Assembly (NCBI RefSeq): GCF_964355755.1
Contig: NC_092671.1
Location: forward strand, 21,655,317 to 21,719,316
Length of the DNA stretch: 64,000 nucleotides
From: Antedon mediterranea
Taxonomy: Eukaryota; Animalia; Echinodermata
Direction: 5' to 3'
Of the stretch, positions 24,401 through 40,000 are shown piece after piece. Numbering within the stretch: the first letter of the stretch is position 1; every line of letters starts with the position of its first letter. The notes beneath the pieces are model-generated. The model was given only the letters and a program-made list of their open reading frames with translations, searched no databases and was not told the origin of the DNA. Both the position numbers and the translations under genes were made by a program.

Positions 24401-27400
24401 GAATAGCTTCAAATCGCATTTGGAGACGTTTTAGACCAATTTGTGATTTTCGAAAAAACTTGGTTACACAAAAACATCAAAGTGGATAAAAGCACATTAT
24501 AAACCGTTTTAGACCATTTTGAGCATTTCGATAACACATTTCACACAAAAACATCAAAGAGCACAAAATAGCTTAATATCGTATTTAAAAACGTTTTAAA
24601 CCATTTTGAGCATTTCGACAAAACTTTTTCACACAAAACACCAAAGTGTTTAGAAAAGCTTCAAATCGCATTTGGAGACGTTTTAGACCATTTTGGGATT
24701 TTCGAAAAAACTTGTTAACATAAAAACACCAAAGTGCTTAGAATAGCTTCAAATCGCATTTGAAGACGTTTTAGACCATTTTGTAATTTTCGAAAAAACT
24801 TGTTAACATAAAAACACCAAAATGTTTAGAATAGCTTCAAATCGCATTTGGAGACGTTTTAGACCATTTTGTGATTTTCGAAAAAACTTGTTAACACAAA
24901 AACACCAAAGTGATTAGAATAGCTTCAAATCGCATTTGGAGACGTTTTAGACCATTTTGTGATTTTCGAAAAAACTTGTTAACATAAAAACACCAAAGTG
25001 ATTAGAATAGCTTCAAATCGCATTTGGAGACGTTTTAGACCATTTTGTGCATTTCGATGAAACTTGGTTACGCAAAAACATCAAAGTAATAATCACATTA
25101 TAAACAGTTTTAGACCATTTTGAGCATATCGATAAAACTTTTTACACAAAACACCAAAGTGCTTAGAATAGCTTCAAATCGCATTTGGAGACGTTTTAGA
25201 CCATTTTGTGATTTTCGACAAAACTTTTTCACACAAAACACCAAAGTGCTTAGAATACCTTCAAATCGCATTTGGAGACGTTTTAGACCATTTTGAGCAT
25301 TTCGACAAAACTTTTTCACACAAAACACCAAAGTGCTTAGAATAGCTTCAAATCGCATTTGGAGACGTTTTAGACCATTTTGTGATTTTCGAAAAAACTT
25401 GTTAACATAAAAACACCAAAGTGCTTAGAATAGCTTCAAATCGCATTAGGAGACGTTTTAGACCATTTTGTTATTTTCGAAAAAACTTGTTAACATAAAA
25501 ACACCAAAATGTTTAGAATAGCTTCAAATCGCATTTGGAGACGTTTTAGACCATTTTGTGATTTTCGAAAAAACTTGTTAACATAAAAACACCAAAGTGC
25601 TTAGAATACCTTCAAATCGCATTTGGAGACGTTTTAGACCATTTTGTGATTTTCCAAAAAACTTGTTAACATAAAAACATCAAAGTGTACAGAATAGCTT
25701 CAAATCGCATTTGGAGACGTTTTAGACCATTTTGTGATTTTCGAAAAAACTTGTTAACATAAAAACACCAAAGTGCTTAGAATAGCTTCAAATCGCATTA
25801 GGAGACGTTTTAGACCATTTTGTGATTTTCGAAAAAACTTGTTAACATAAAAACACCAAAGTGCTTAGAATAGCTTCAAATCGCATTTGGAGACGTTTTA
25901 GACCATTTTGTGATTTTCGAAAAAACTTGTTAACATAAAAACACCAAAATGTTTAGAATAGCTTCAAATCACATTTGGAGACGTTTTAGACCATTTTGTG
26001 ATTTTCGAAAAAACTTGTTAACACAAAAACACCAAAGTGATTAGAATAGCTTCAAATCGCATTTGGAGACGTTTTAGACCAATTTGTGCATTTCGATGAA
26101 ACTTGGTTACGCAAAAACATCAAAGTGCTTAAAATCACATTATAAACCGTTTTAGACCATTTTGAACATATCGATAACACTTTTCACACAAAAACATCAA
26201 AGAGCACAATATAGCTTAATATCTTATTTAAAAACGTTTTAGACCATTTTGAGCATTTCGACAAAACTTTTTCACACAAAACACCAAAGTGCTTAGAATA
26301 GCTTCAAATCGCATTTGGAGACGTTTTAGACCATTTTGTGATTTTCGAAAAAACTTTTTCACACAAAACACCAAAGTGCTTAGAATACCTTCAAATCGCA
26401 TTTGGAGACGTTTTAGACCATTTTGTGATTTTCGAAAAAACTTGTTAACATAAAAACATCAAAGTGTACAGAATAGCTTCAAATCGCATTTGGAGACGTT
26501 TTAGACCATTTTGTGATTTTCGAAAAAACTTGTTAACATAAAAACACCAAAGTGCTTAGAATAGCTTCAAATCGCATTAGGAGACGTTTTAGACCATTTT
26601 GTGATTTTCGAAAAAACTTGTTAACACAAAAACACCAAAGTGCTTAGAATAGCTTCAAATCGCATTTGGAGACGTTTTAGACCATTTTGTGATTTTCGAA
26701 AAAACTTGTTAACATAAAAACACCAAAGTGCTTAGAATAGCTTCAAATCGCATTTGGAGACGTTTTAGACCATTTTGTGATTTTCGAAAAAACTTGTTAA
26801 CATAAAAACACCAAAATGTTTAGAATAGCTTCAAATCACATTTGGAGACGTTTTAGACCATTTTGTGATTTTCGAAAAAACTTGTTAACACAAAAACACC
26901 AAAGTGATTAGAATAGCTTCAAATCGCATTTGGAGACGTTTTAGACCAATTTGTGCATTTCGATGAAACTTGGTTACGCAAAAACATCAAAGTGCTTAAA
27001 ATCACATTATAAACCGTTTTAGACCATTTTGAGCATATCGATAACACTTTTCACACAAAAACATCAAAGAGCACAATATAGCTTAATATCTTATTTAAAA
27101 ACGTTTTAGACCATTTTGAGCATTTCGACAAAACTTTTTCACACAAAACACCAAAGTGCTTAGAATAGCTTCAAATCGCATTTGGAGACGTTTTAGACCA
27201 TTTTGTGATTTTCGAAAAAACTTTTTCACACAAAACACCAAAGTGCTTAGAATACCTTCAAATCGCATTTGGAGACGTTTTAGACCATTTTGTGATTTTC
27301 GAAAAAACTTGTTAACATAAAAACATCAAAGTGTACAGAATAGCTTCAAATCGCATTTGGAGACGTTTTAGACCATTTTGTGATTTTCGAAAAAACTTGT

Positions 27401-30400
27401 TAACATAAAAACACCAAAGTGCTTAGAATAGCTTCAAATCGCATTAGGAGACGTTTTAGACCATTTTGTGATTTTCGAAAAAACTTGTTAACACAAAAAC
27501 ACCAAAGTGCTTAGAATAGCTTCAAATCGCATTTGGAGACGTTTTAGACCATTTTGTGATTTTCGAAAAAACTTGTTAACATTAAAACACCAAAATGTTT
27601 AGAATAGCTTCAAATCGCATTTGGAGACGTTTTAGACCATTTTGTGATTTTCGAAAAAACTTGTTAACACAAAAACACCAAAGTGATTAGAATAGCTTCA
27701 AATCGCATTTGGAGACGTTTTAGACCATTTTGTGCATTTCGATGAAACTTGGTTACGGAAAAACATCAAAGTGCTTAAAATCACATTATAAACCGTTTTA
27801 GACCATTTTGAGCATATCGATAACACTTTTCACACAAAAACATCAAAGAGCACAATATAGCTTAATATCGTATTTAAAAACGTTTTAGACCATTTTGAGC
27901 ATTTCGACAAAACTTTTTCACACAAAACACCAAAGTGCTTAGAATAGCTTCAAATCGCATTTGGAGACGTTTTAGACCATTTTGTGATTTTCGAAAAAAC
28001 TTGTTAACATAAAAACATCAAAGGGCTAAGAATAGCTTCAAATCGCATTTGGAGACATTTTAGACCAATTAGTGATTTTCGAAAAAACTTGGTTACACAA
28101 AAACATCAAAGTGGTTAAAATCACATTATAAACCGTTTTAGACCATTTTGAGCATTTCGATAACACTTTTTACACAAAAACATCAAAGTGCTTAGAATAG
28201 CTTCAAATCGCATTTGGAGACGTTTTAGACCATTTTGTGATTTTCGAAAAAAACTTTTTAACATAAAAACACCAAACTGCTAAGAATAGCTTCAAATCGC
28301 ATATGGAGACAATTTAGACCATTTTGTGATTTTCGAAAAAACTTGTTAACATAAAAACACCAAAGTGCTTAGAATACCTTCAAATCGCATTTGGAGACGT
28401 TTTAGACCATTTTGTGATTTTCCAAAAAACTTGTTAACATAAAAACATCAAAGTGTACAGAATAGCTTCAAATCGCATTTGGAGACGTTTTAGACCATTT
28501 TGTGATTTTCGAAAAAACTTGTTAACATAAAAACACCAAAGTGCTTAGAATAGCTTCAAATCGCATTAGGAGACGTTTTAGACCATTTTGTGATTTTCGA
28601 AAAAACTTGTTAACATAAAAACACCAAAGTGCTTAGAATAGCTTCAAATCGCATTTGGAGACGTTTTAGACCATTTTGTGATTTTCGAAAAAACTTGTTA
28701 ACATAAAAACACCAAAATGTTTAGAATAGCTTCAAATCACATTTGGAGACGTTTTAGACCATTTTGTGATTTTCGAAAAAACTTGTTAACACAAAAACAC
28801 CAAAGTGATTAGAATAGCTTCAAATCGCATTTGGAGACGTTTTAGACCAATTTGTGCATTTCGATGAAACTTGGTTACGCAAAAACATCAAAGTGCTTAA
28901 AATCACATTATAAACCGTTTTAGACCATTTTGAGCATATCGATAACACTTTTCACACAAAAACATCAAAGAGCACAATATAGCTTAATATCTTATTTAAA
29001 AACGTTTTAGACCATTTTGAGCATTTCGACAAAACTTTTTCACACAAAACACCAAAGTGCTTAGAATAGCTTCAAATCGCATTTGGAGACGTTTTAGACC
29101 ATTTTGTGATTTTCGAAAAAACTTGTTAACATAAAAACATCAAAGTGCTAAGAATAGCTTCAAATCGCATTTGGAGACATTTTAGACCAATTAGTGATTT
29201 TCGAAAAAACTTGGTTACACAAAAACATCAAAGTGGTTAAAATCACATTATAAACCGTTTTAGACCATTTTGAGCATTTCGATAACACTTTTCACACAAA
29301 AACATCAAAGTGCTTAGAATAGCTTCAAATCGCATTTGGAGACGTTTTAGACCATTTTGTGATTTTCGAAAAAAACTTTTTAACATAAAAACACCAAACT
29401 TCTAAGAATAGCTTCAAATCGCATATGGAGACAATTTAGACCATTTTGTGATTTTCGAAAAAACTTGTTAACATAAAAACACCAAAGTGCTAAGAATAGC
29501 TTCAAATCGCATATGGAGACAATTTAGACCATTTTGTGATTTTCGAAAAAACTTGTTAACATAAAAACACCAAAGTGCTTAGAATACCTTCAAATCGCAT
29601 TTGGAGACGTTTAAGACCATTTTGTGATTTTCGAAAAAACTTGTTAACATAAAAACACCAAAGTGCTTAGAATAGCTTCAAATCGCATTTGGAGACGTTT
29701 TAGACCAATTTGTGATTTTCGAAAAAACTTGGTTACACAAAAACATCAAAGTGGATAAAAGCACATTATAAACCGTTTTAGACCATTTTGAGCATTTCGA
29801 TAACACATTTCACACAAAAACATCAAAGAGCACAAAATAGCTTAATATCGTATTTAAAAACGTTTTAAACCATTTTGAGCATTTCGACAAAACTTTTTCA
29901 CACAAAACACCAAAGTGTTTAGAAAAGCTTCAAATCGCATTTGGAGACGTTTTAGACCATTTTGGGATTTTCGAAAAAACTTGTTAACATAAAAACACCA
30001 AAGTGCTTAGAATAGCTTCAAATCGCATTTGAAGACGTTTTAGACCATTTTGTAATTTTCGAAAAAACTTGTTAACATAAAAACACCAAAATGTTTAGAA
30101 TAGCTTCAAATCGCATTTGGAGACGTTTTAGACCATTTTGTGATTTTCGAAAAAACTTGTTAACACAAAAACACCAAAGTGATTAGAATAGCTTCAAATC
30201 GCATTTGGAGACGTTTTAGACCATTTTGTGATTTTCGAAAAAACTTGTTAACATAAAAACACCAAAGTGATTAGAATAGCTTCAAATCGCATTTGGAGAC
30301 GTTTTAGACCATTTTGTGCATTTCGATGAAACTTGGTTACGCAAAAACATCAAAGTAATAATCACATTATAAACAGTTTTAGACCATTTTGAGCATATCG

Positions 30401-33400
30401 ATAAAACTTTTTACACAAAACACCAAAGTGCTTAGAATAGCTTCAAATCGCATTTGGAGACGTTTTAGACCATTTTGTGATTTTCGACAAAACTTTTTCA
30501 CACAAAACACCAAAGTGCTTAGAATACCTTCAAATCGCATTTGGAGACGTTTTAGACCATTTTGTGATTTTCGAAAAAACTTGTTAACATAAAAACATCA
30601 AAGTGTACAGATTAGCTTCAAATCGCATTTGGAGACGTTTTAGACCATTTTGTGATTTTCGAAAAAACTTGTTAACATAAAAACACCAAAGTGCTTAGAA
30701 TAGCTTCAAATCGCATTAGGAGACGTTTTAGACCATTTTGTTATTTTCGAAAAAACTTGTTAACATAAAAACACCAAAATGTTTAGAATAGCTTCAAATC
30801 GCATTTGGAGACGTTTTAGACCATTTTGTGATTTTCGAAAAAACTTGTTAACATAAAAACACCAAAGTGCTTAGAATACCTTCAAATCGCATTTGGAGAC
30901 GTTTTAGACCATTTTGTGATTTTCCAAAAAACTTGTTAACATAAAAACATCAAAGTGTACAGAATAGCTTCAAATCGCATTTGGAGACGTTTTAGACCAT
31001 TTTGTGTTTTTCGAAAAAACTTGTTAACATAAAAACACCAAAGTGCTTAGAATAGCTTCAAATCGCATTAGGAGACGTTTTAGACCATTTTGTGATTTTC
31101 GAAAAAACTTGTTAACATAAAAACACCAAAGTGCTTAGAATAGCTTCAAATCGCATTTGGAGACGTTTTAGACCATTTTGTGATTTTCGAAAAAACTTGT
31201 TAACATAAAAACACCAAAATGTTTAGAATAGCTTCAAATCAAATTTGGAGACGTTTTAGACCATTTTGTGATTTTCGAAAAAACTTGTTAACACAAAAAC
31301 ACCAAAGTGATTAGAATAGCTTCAAATCGCATTTGGAGACGTTTTAGACCAATTTGTGCATTTAGATGAAACTTGGTTACGCAAAAACATCAAAGTGCTT
31401 AAAATCACATTATAAACCGTTTTAGACCATTTTGAGCATATCGATAACACTTTTCACACAAAAACATCAAAGAGCACAATATAGCTTAATATCTTATTTA
31501 AAAACGTTTTAGACCATTTTGAGCATTTCGACAAAACTTTTTCACACAAAACACCAAAGTGCTTAGAATAGCTTCAAATCGCATTTGGAGACGTTTTAGA
31601 ACATTTTGTGATTTTCGAAAAAACTTTTTCACACAAAACACCAAAGTGCTTAGAATACCTTCAAATCGCATTTGGAGACGTTTTAGACCATTTTGTGATT
31701 TTCGAAAAAACTTGTTAACATAAAAACACCAAAGTGCTTAGAATAGCTTGAAATCGCATTTGGAGACGTTTTAGACCATTTTGTGATTTTCGAAAAAACT
31801 TGTTAACATAAAAACACCAAAATGTTTAGAATAGCTTCAAATCGCATTTGGAGACGTTTTAGACCATTTTGTGATTTTCGAAAAAACTTGTTAACACAAA
31901 AACACCAAAGTGATTAGAATAGCTTCAAATCGCATTTGGAGACGTTTTAGACCATTTTGTGCATTTCGATGAAACTTGGTTACGCAAAAACATCAAAGTG
32001 CTTAAAATCACATTATAAACCGTTTTAGACCATTTTGAGCATATCGATAACACTTTTCACACAAAAACATCAAAGAGCACAATATAGCTTAATATCGTAT
32101 TTAAAAACGTTTTAGACCATTTTGAGCATTTCGACAAAACTTTTTCACACAAAACACCAAAGTGCTTAGAATAGCTTCAAATCGCATTTGGAGACGTTTT
32201 AGACCATTTTGTGATTTTCGAAAAAACTTGTTAACATAAAAACATCAAAGTGCTAAGAATAGCTTCAAATCGAATTTGGAGACATTTTAGACCAATTAGT
32301 GATTTTCGAAAAAACTTGGTTACACAAAAACATCAAAGTGGTTAAAATCACATTATAAACCGTTTTAGACCATTTTGAGCATTTCGATAACACTTTTCAC
32401 ACAAAAACATCAAAGTGCTTAGAATAGCTTCAAATCGCATTTGGAGACGTTTTAGACCATTTTGTGATTTTCGAAAAAAACTTTTTAACATAAAAACACC
32501 AAACTGCTAAGAATAGCTTCAAATCGCATATGGAGACAATTTAGACCATTTTGTGATTTTCGAAAAAACTTGTTAACATAAAAACACCAAAGTGCTTAGA
32601 ATACCTTCAAATCGCATTTGGAGACATTTTAGACCATTTTGTGATTTTCGAAAAAACTTGTTAACATAAAAACATCAAAGTGCTAAGAATAGCTTCCAAT
32701 CGCATTTGGAGACGTCTTAGACTATTTTGTGATTTTCGAAAACAACTTGTTAACATAAAAATACCAAAGTGCTTAGAATAGCTTCAAATCGCATTTGGAG
32801 ACGTTTTAGACCAATTTGTGATTTTCGAAAAAACTTGGTTACACAAAAACATCAAAGTGGATAAAATCACATTATAAACCGTTTTAGACCATTTTGAGCA
32901 TTTCGATAACACATTTCACACAAAAACATCAAAGAGCACAAAATAGCTTAATATCGTATTTAAAAACGTTTTAAACCATTTTGAGCATTTCGACAAAACT
33001 TTTTCACACAAAACACCAAAGTGTACAGAATAGCTTCAAATCGCATTTGGAGACGTTTTAGACCATTTTGTGATTTTCGAAAAAACTTGTTAATATAAAA
33101 ACACCAAAGTACTTAGAATAGCTTCAAATCGCATTTGGAGACGTTGTAGACCATTTTGTGATTTTCGAAAAAACTTGTTAACATAAAAACACCAAAGTTT
33201 ACAGAATAGCTTCAAATCGCATTTGGAGACGTTTTAGACAATTTTGTGCATTTCGATGAAACTTGGTTACACAAAAACATCAAAGTGCTTAAAATCACAT
33301 TATAAACCGTTTTAGACCATTTGAGCATTTCCATAACACTTTTCACACAAAAACATCAAAGGGCACAATATAGCTTAATATCCTATTTAAAAACGTTTTA

Positions 33401-36400
33401 GACCATTTTGAGCATTTCGACAAAACTTTTTCACACAAAACACCAAAGTGCTTAGAATACCTTCAAATCGCATTTGGAGACGTTTTAGACCATTTTGTGA
33501 TTTTCGAAAAAACTTAACATAAAAACATCAAAGTTTACAGAATAGCTTCAAATCGCATTTGGAGATGTTTTAAACCATTTTGTGATTTTCGAAAAAACTT
33601 GTTAACATAAAAACACCAAAATGTTTAGAATAGCTTCAAATCGCATTTGGAGACGTTTTAGACCATTTTGTGATTTTCGAAAAAACTTGTTAACACAAAA
33701 ACACCAAAGTGATTAGAATAGCTTCAAATCGCATTTGGAGACGTTTTAGACCATTTTGTGATTTTCGAAAAAACTTGTTAACATAAAAACACCAAAGTGA
33801 TTAGAATAGCTTCAAATCGCATTTGGAGACGTTTTAGACCATTTTGTGCATTTCGATGAAACTTGGTTACGCAAAAACATCAAAGTGCTTAAAATCACAT
33901 TATAAACCGTTTTAGACCATTTTGAGCATATCGATAACACTTTTTACACAAAACGCCAAAGTGCTTAGAATAGCTTCAAATCGCATTTGGAGACGTTTTA
34001 GACCATTTTGTGATTTTCGACAAAACTTTTTCACACAAAACACCAAAGTGCTTAGAATACCTTCAAATCGCATTTGGAGACGTTTTAGACCATTTTGTGA
34101 TTTTCGAAAAAACTTGTTAACATAAAAACATCAAAGTGTACAGAATAGCTTCAAATCGCATTTGGAGACGTTTTAGACCATTTTGTGATTTTCGAAAAAA
34201 CTTGTTAACATAAAAACACCAAAGTGCTTAGAATAGCTTCAAATCGCATTAGGAGACGTTTTAGACCATTTTGTGATTTTCGAAAAAACTTGTTAACATA
34301 AAAACACCAAAGTGCTTAGAATAGCTTCAAATCGCATTTGGAGACGTTTTAGACCATTTTGTGATTTTCGAAAAAACTTGTTAACATAAAAACACCAAAG
34401 TTCTTAAAATAGCTTCAAATCGCATTTGGATACGTTTTAGACCATTTTGTGATTTTCGAAAAAACTTGTTAACATAAAAACACCAAAGTGCTTAGAATAG
34501 CTTCAAATCGCATTTGGAGACGTTTTAGACCATTTTGGGATTTTTGAAAAAACTTGTTAACATAAAAACACCAAAGTTCTTAGAATAGCTTCAAATCGCA
34601 TTTGGAGACGTTTTAGACCATTTTGTGCATTTCGATGAAACTTGGTTACACAAAAACATCAAAGTGCTTAAAATCACGTTATAAACCGTTTTAGACCATT
34701 TGAGCATTTCGATAACACTTTTCACACAAAAACATCAAAGGGCACAATATAGCTTAATATCCTATTTAAAAACGTTTTAGACCATTTTGAGCATTTCGAC
34801 AAAACTTTTTCACACAAAACACCAAAGTGCTTAGAATACCTTCAAATCGCATTTGGAGACGTTTTAGACAATTTTGTGATTTTCGAAAAAACTTGTTAAC
34901 ATAAAAACATCAAAGTTTACAGAATAGCTTCAAATCGCTTTTGGAGACGTTTTAGACAATTTTGTGATTTTCGAAAAAACTTGTTAACATAAAAACACCA
35001 AAGTGCTTAGAATAGCTTCAAATCGCATTGGGAGACGTTTTAGACCATTTTGTGATTTTCGAAAAAACTTGTTAACATAAAAACATCAAAGTGTACAGAA
35101 TAGCTTCAAATCGCATTTGGAGACGTTTTAGACCATTTTGTGATTTTCGAAAGAACTTGTTAACATAAAAACACCAAAGTGCTTAGAATAACTTCAAATC
35201 GCATTTGGAGACGTTTTAAACCATTTTGTGATTTTCGAAAAAACTTGTTAACATAAAAACACCAAAATGTTTAGAATAGCTTCAAATCGCATTTGGAGAC
35301 GTTTTAGACCATTTTGTGATTTTCGAAAAAACTTGTTAACACAAAAACACCAAAGTGATTAGAATAGCTTCAAATCGCATTTGGAGACGTTTTAGACCAT
35401 TTTGTGATTTTCGAAAAAACTTGTTAACATAAAAACACCAAAGTGATTAGAATAGCTTCAAATCGCATTTGGAGACGTTTTAGACCATTTTGTGCATTTC
35501 GATGAAACTTGGTTACGCAAAAACATCAAAGTGCTTAAAATCACATTATAAACCGTTTTAGACCATTTTGAGCATATCGATAACACTTTTTACACAAAAC
35601 ACCAAAGTGCTTAGAATAGCTTCAAATCGCATTTGGAGACGTTTTAGACCATTTTGTGATTTTCGACAAAACTTTTTCACACAAAACACCAAAGTGCTTA
35701 GAATACCTTCAAATCGCATTTGGAGACGTTTTAGACCATTTTGTGATTTTCGAAAAAACTTGTTAACATAAAAACATCAAAGTGTACAGAATAGCTTCAA
35801 ATCGCATTTGGAGACGTTTTAGACCATTTTGTGATTTTCGAAAAAACTTGTTAACATAAAAACACCAAAGTGCTTAGAATAGCTTCAAATCGCATTAGGA
35901 GACGTTTTAGACCATTTTGTGATTTTCGAAAAAACTTGTTAACATAAAAACACCAAAGTGCTTAGAATAGCTTCAAATCGCATTTGGAGACGTTTTAGAC
36001 CATTTTGTGATTTTCGAAAAAACTTGTTAACATAAAAACACCAAAATGTTTAGAATAGCTTCAAATCGCATTTGGAGACGTTTTAGACCATTTTGTGATT
36101 TTCGAAAAAACTTGTTAACACAAAAACACCAAAGTGATTAGAATAGCTTCAAATCGCATTTGGAGACGTTTTAGACCATTTTGTGCATTTCGATGAAACT
36201 TGGTTACGCAAAAACATCAAAGTGCTTAAAATCACATTATAAACCGTTTTAGACCATTTTGAGCATATCGATAACACTTTTCACACAAAAACATCAAAGA
36301 GCACAATATAGCTTAATATCGTATTTAAAAACGTTTTAGACCATTTTGAGCATTTCGACAAAACTTTTTCACACAAAACACCAAAGTGCTTAGAATAGCT

Positions 36401-37029
36401 TCAAATCGCATTTGGAGACGTTTTAGACCATTTTGTGATTTTCGAAAAAACTTGTTAACATAAAAACATCAAAGGGCTAAGAATAGCTTCAAATGGCATT
36501 TGGAGACATTTTAGAACAATTAGTGATTTTCGAAAAAACTTGGTTACACAAAAACATCAAAGTGGTTAAAATCACATTATAAACCGTTTTAGACCATTTT
36601 GAGCATTTCGATAACACTTTTTACACAAAAACATCAAAGTGCTTAGAATAGCTTCAAATCGCATTTGGAGACGTTTTAGACCATTTTGTGATTTTTGAAA
36701 AAAACTTTTTAACATAAAAACACCAAACTGCTAAGAATAGCTTCAAATCGCATATGGAGACAATTTAGACCATTTTGTGATTTTCGAAAAAACTTGTTAA
36801 CATAAAAACACCAAAGTGCTTAGAATACCTTCAAATCGCATTTGGAGACGTTTTAGACCATTTTGTGATTTTCCAAAAAACTTGTTAACATAAAAACATC
36901 AAAGTGTACAGAATAGCTTCAAATCGCATTTGGAGACGTTTTAGACCATTTTGTGATTTTCGAAAAAACTTGTTAACATAAAAACACCAAAGTGCTTAGA
37001 ATAGCTTCAAATCGCATTAGGAGACGTTT

Positions 37030-40000
37030 TAGACCATTTTGTGATTTTCGAAAAAACTTGTTAACATAAAAACACCAAAGTGCTTAGAATAGCTTCAAAT
37101 CGCATTTGGAGACGTTTTAGACCATTTTGTAATTTTCGAAAAAACTTGTTAACATAAAAACACCAAAATGTTTAGAATAGCTTCAAATCACATTTGGAGA
37201 CGTTTTAGACCATTTTGTGATTTTCGAAAAAACTTGTTAACACAAAAACACCAAAGTGATTAGAATAGCTTCAAATCGCATTTGGAGACGTTTTAGACCA
37301 ATTTGTGCATTTCGATGAAACTTGGTTACGCAAAAATATCAAAGTGCTTAAAATCACATTATAAACCGTTTTAGACCATTTTGAGCATATCGATAACACT
37401 TTTCACACAAAAACATCAAAGAGCACAATATAGCTTAATATCTTATTTAAAAACGTTTTAGACCATTTTGAGCATTTCGACAAAACTTTTTCACACAAAA
37501 CACCAAAGTGCTTAGAATAGCTTCAAATCGCATTTGGAGACGTTTTAGACCATTTTGTGATTTTCGAAAAAACTTGTTAACATAAAAACATCAAAGTGCT
37601 AAGAATAGCTTCAAATCGCATTTGGAGACATTTTAGACCAATTAGTGATTTTCGAAAAAACTTGGTTACACAAAAACATCAAAGTGGTTAAAATCACATT
37701 ATAAACCGTTTTAGACCATTTTGAGCATTTCGATAACACTTTTCACACAAAAACATCAAAGTGCTTAGAATAGCTTCAAATCGCATTTGGAGACGTTTTA
37801 GACCATTTTGTGATTTTCGAAAAAAACTTTTTAACATAAAAACACCAAACTTCTAAGAATAGCTTCAAATCGCATATGGAGACAATTTAGACCATTTTGT
37901 GATTTTCGAAAAAACTTGTTAACATAAAAACACCAAAGTGCTAAGAATAGCTTCAAATCGCATATGGAGACAATTTAGACCATTTTGTGATTTTCGAAAA
38001 AACTTGTTAACATAAAAACACCAAAGTGCTTAGAATACCTTCAAATCGCATTTGGAGACGTTTAAGACCATTTTGTGATTTTCGAAAAAACTTGTTAACA
38101 TAAAAACACCAAAGTGCTTAGAATAGTTTCAAATCGCATTTGGAGACGTTTTAGACCAATTTGTGATTTTCGAAAAAACTTGGTTACACAAAAACATCAA
38201 AGTGGATAAAAGCACATTATAAACCGTTTTAGACCATTTTGAGCATTTCGATAACACATTTCACACAAAAACATCAAAGAGCACAAAATAGCTTAATATC
38301 GTATTTAAAAACGTTTTAAACCATTTTGAGCATTTCGACAAAACTTTTTCACACAAAACACCAAAGTGTTTAGAAAAGCTTCAAATCGCATTTGGAGACG
38401 TTTTAGACCATTTTGGGATTTTCGAAAAAACTTGTTAACATAAAAACACCAAAGTGCTTAGAATACCTTCAAATCGCATTTGGAGACGTTTTAGACCATT
38501 TTGTAATTTTCGAAAAAACTTGTTAACATAAAAACACCAAAGTGCTAAGAATAGCTTCAAATCGCATTTGGAGACGTTTTAGACCAATTTGTGATTTTCG
38601 AAAAAACTTGGTTACACAAAAACATCAAAGTGCTTAAAATCACATTATAAAACCGTTTTAGACCATTTTGAGCATTTCGATAACACTTTTCACAAAAAAA
38701 CATCAAAGAGCATAAAATAGGTTAATATCGTATTTAAAAACGTTTTAGACCATTTTGAGCATTTCGACAAAACTTTTTCACACAAAACACCAAAGTGTAC
38801 AGAATAGCTTAATATCGTATTTAAAAACGTTTTAGACCATTTTGTGATTTTCGAAAAAACTTGTTAACATAAAAACACCAAAATGTTTAGAATAGCTTCA
38901 AATTGCATTTGGAGACGTTTTAGACCATTTTGTGATTTTCGAAAAAACTTGTTAACACAAAAACACCAAAGTGATTAGAATAGCTTCAAATCGCATTTGG
39001 AGACGTTTTAGACCATTTTGTGATTTTCGAAAAAACTTGTTAACATAAAAACACCAAAGTGATTAGAATAGCTTCAAATCGCATTTGGAGACGTTTTAGA
39101 CCATTTTGTGCATTTCGATGAAACTTGGTTACGCAAAAACATCAATGTGCTTAAAATCACATTATAAACCGTTTTAGACCATTTTGAGCATATCCATAAA
39201 ACTTTTTACACAAAACACCAAAGTGCTTAGAATAGCTTCAAATCGCATTTGGAGACGTTTTAGACCATTTTGTGATTTTCGACAAAACTTTTTCACACAA
39301 AACACCAAAGTGCTTAGAATACCTTCAAATCGCATTTGGAGACGTTTTAGACCATTTTGTGATTTTCGAAAAAACTTGTTAACATAAAAACATCAAAGTG
39401 TACAGAATAGCTTCAAATCGCATTTGGAGACGTTTTAGACCATTTTGTGATTTTCGAAAAAACTTGTTAACATAAAAACACCAAAGTGCTTAGAATAGCT
39501 TCAAATCGCATTAGGAGACGTTTTAGACCATTTTGTGATTTTCGAAAAAACTTGTTAACATAAAAACACCAAAGTGCTTAGAATAGCTTCAAATCGCATT
39601 TGGAGACGTTTTAGACCATTTTGTGATTTTCGAAAAAACTTGTTAACATAAAAACACCAAAATGTTTAGAATAGCTTCAAATCGCATTTGGAGACGTTTT
39701 AGACCATTTTGTGATTTTCGAAAAAACTTGTTAACACAAAAACACCAAAGTGATTAGAATAGCTTCAAATCGCATTTGGAGACGTTTTAGACCATTTTGT
39801 GCATTTCGATGAAACTTGGTTACGCAAAAACATCAAAGTGCTTAAAATCACATTATAAACCGTTTTAGACCATTTTGAGCATATCGATAACACTTTTCAC
39901 ACAAAAACATCAAAGAGCACAATATAGCTTAATATCGTATTTAAAAACGTTTTAGACCATTTTGAGCATTTCGACAAAACTTTTTCACACAAAACACCAA

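Larger units (their letters stand above)
16346..24827 (+). repeat. 4329-bp tandem duplication carrying SINE copies 2 and 3 (second copy lacks two monomers); boundaries approximate
   Basis: Offset 4329 for CATTAGG (16451/20780) and for the SINE. The offset falls to 4153 (-176) after about 23100 (ORF starts 19081/23234, GGATAAAAGC 20331/24484). Confidence 0.85.

Noticed and set aside
10856-25358. 82-aa minus-strand and 65-aa alternative-frame ORFs at 10856, 10954 and 25110
   Set aside because: They appear only where extra 87-bp monomers are adjacent and are open in several frames at once, as expected for a repeat artefact.
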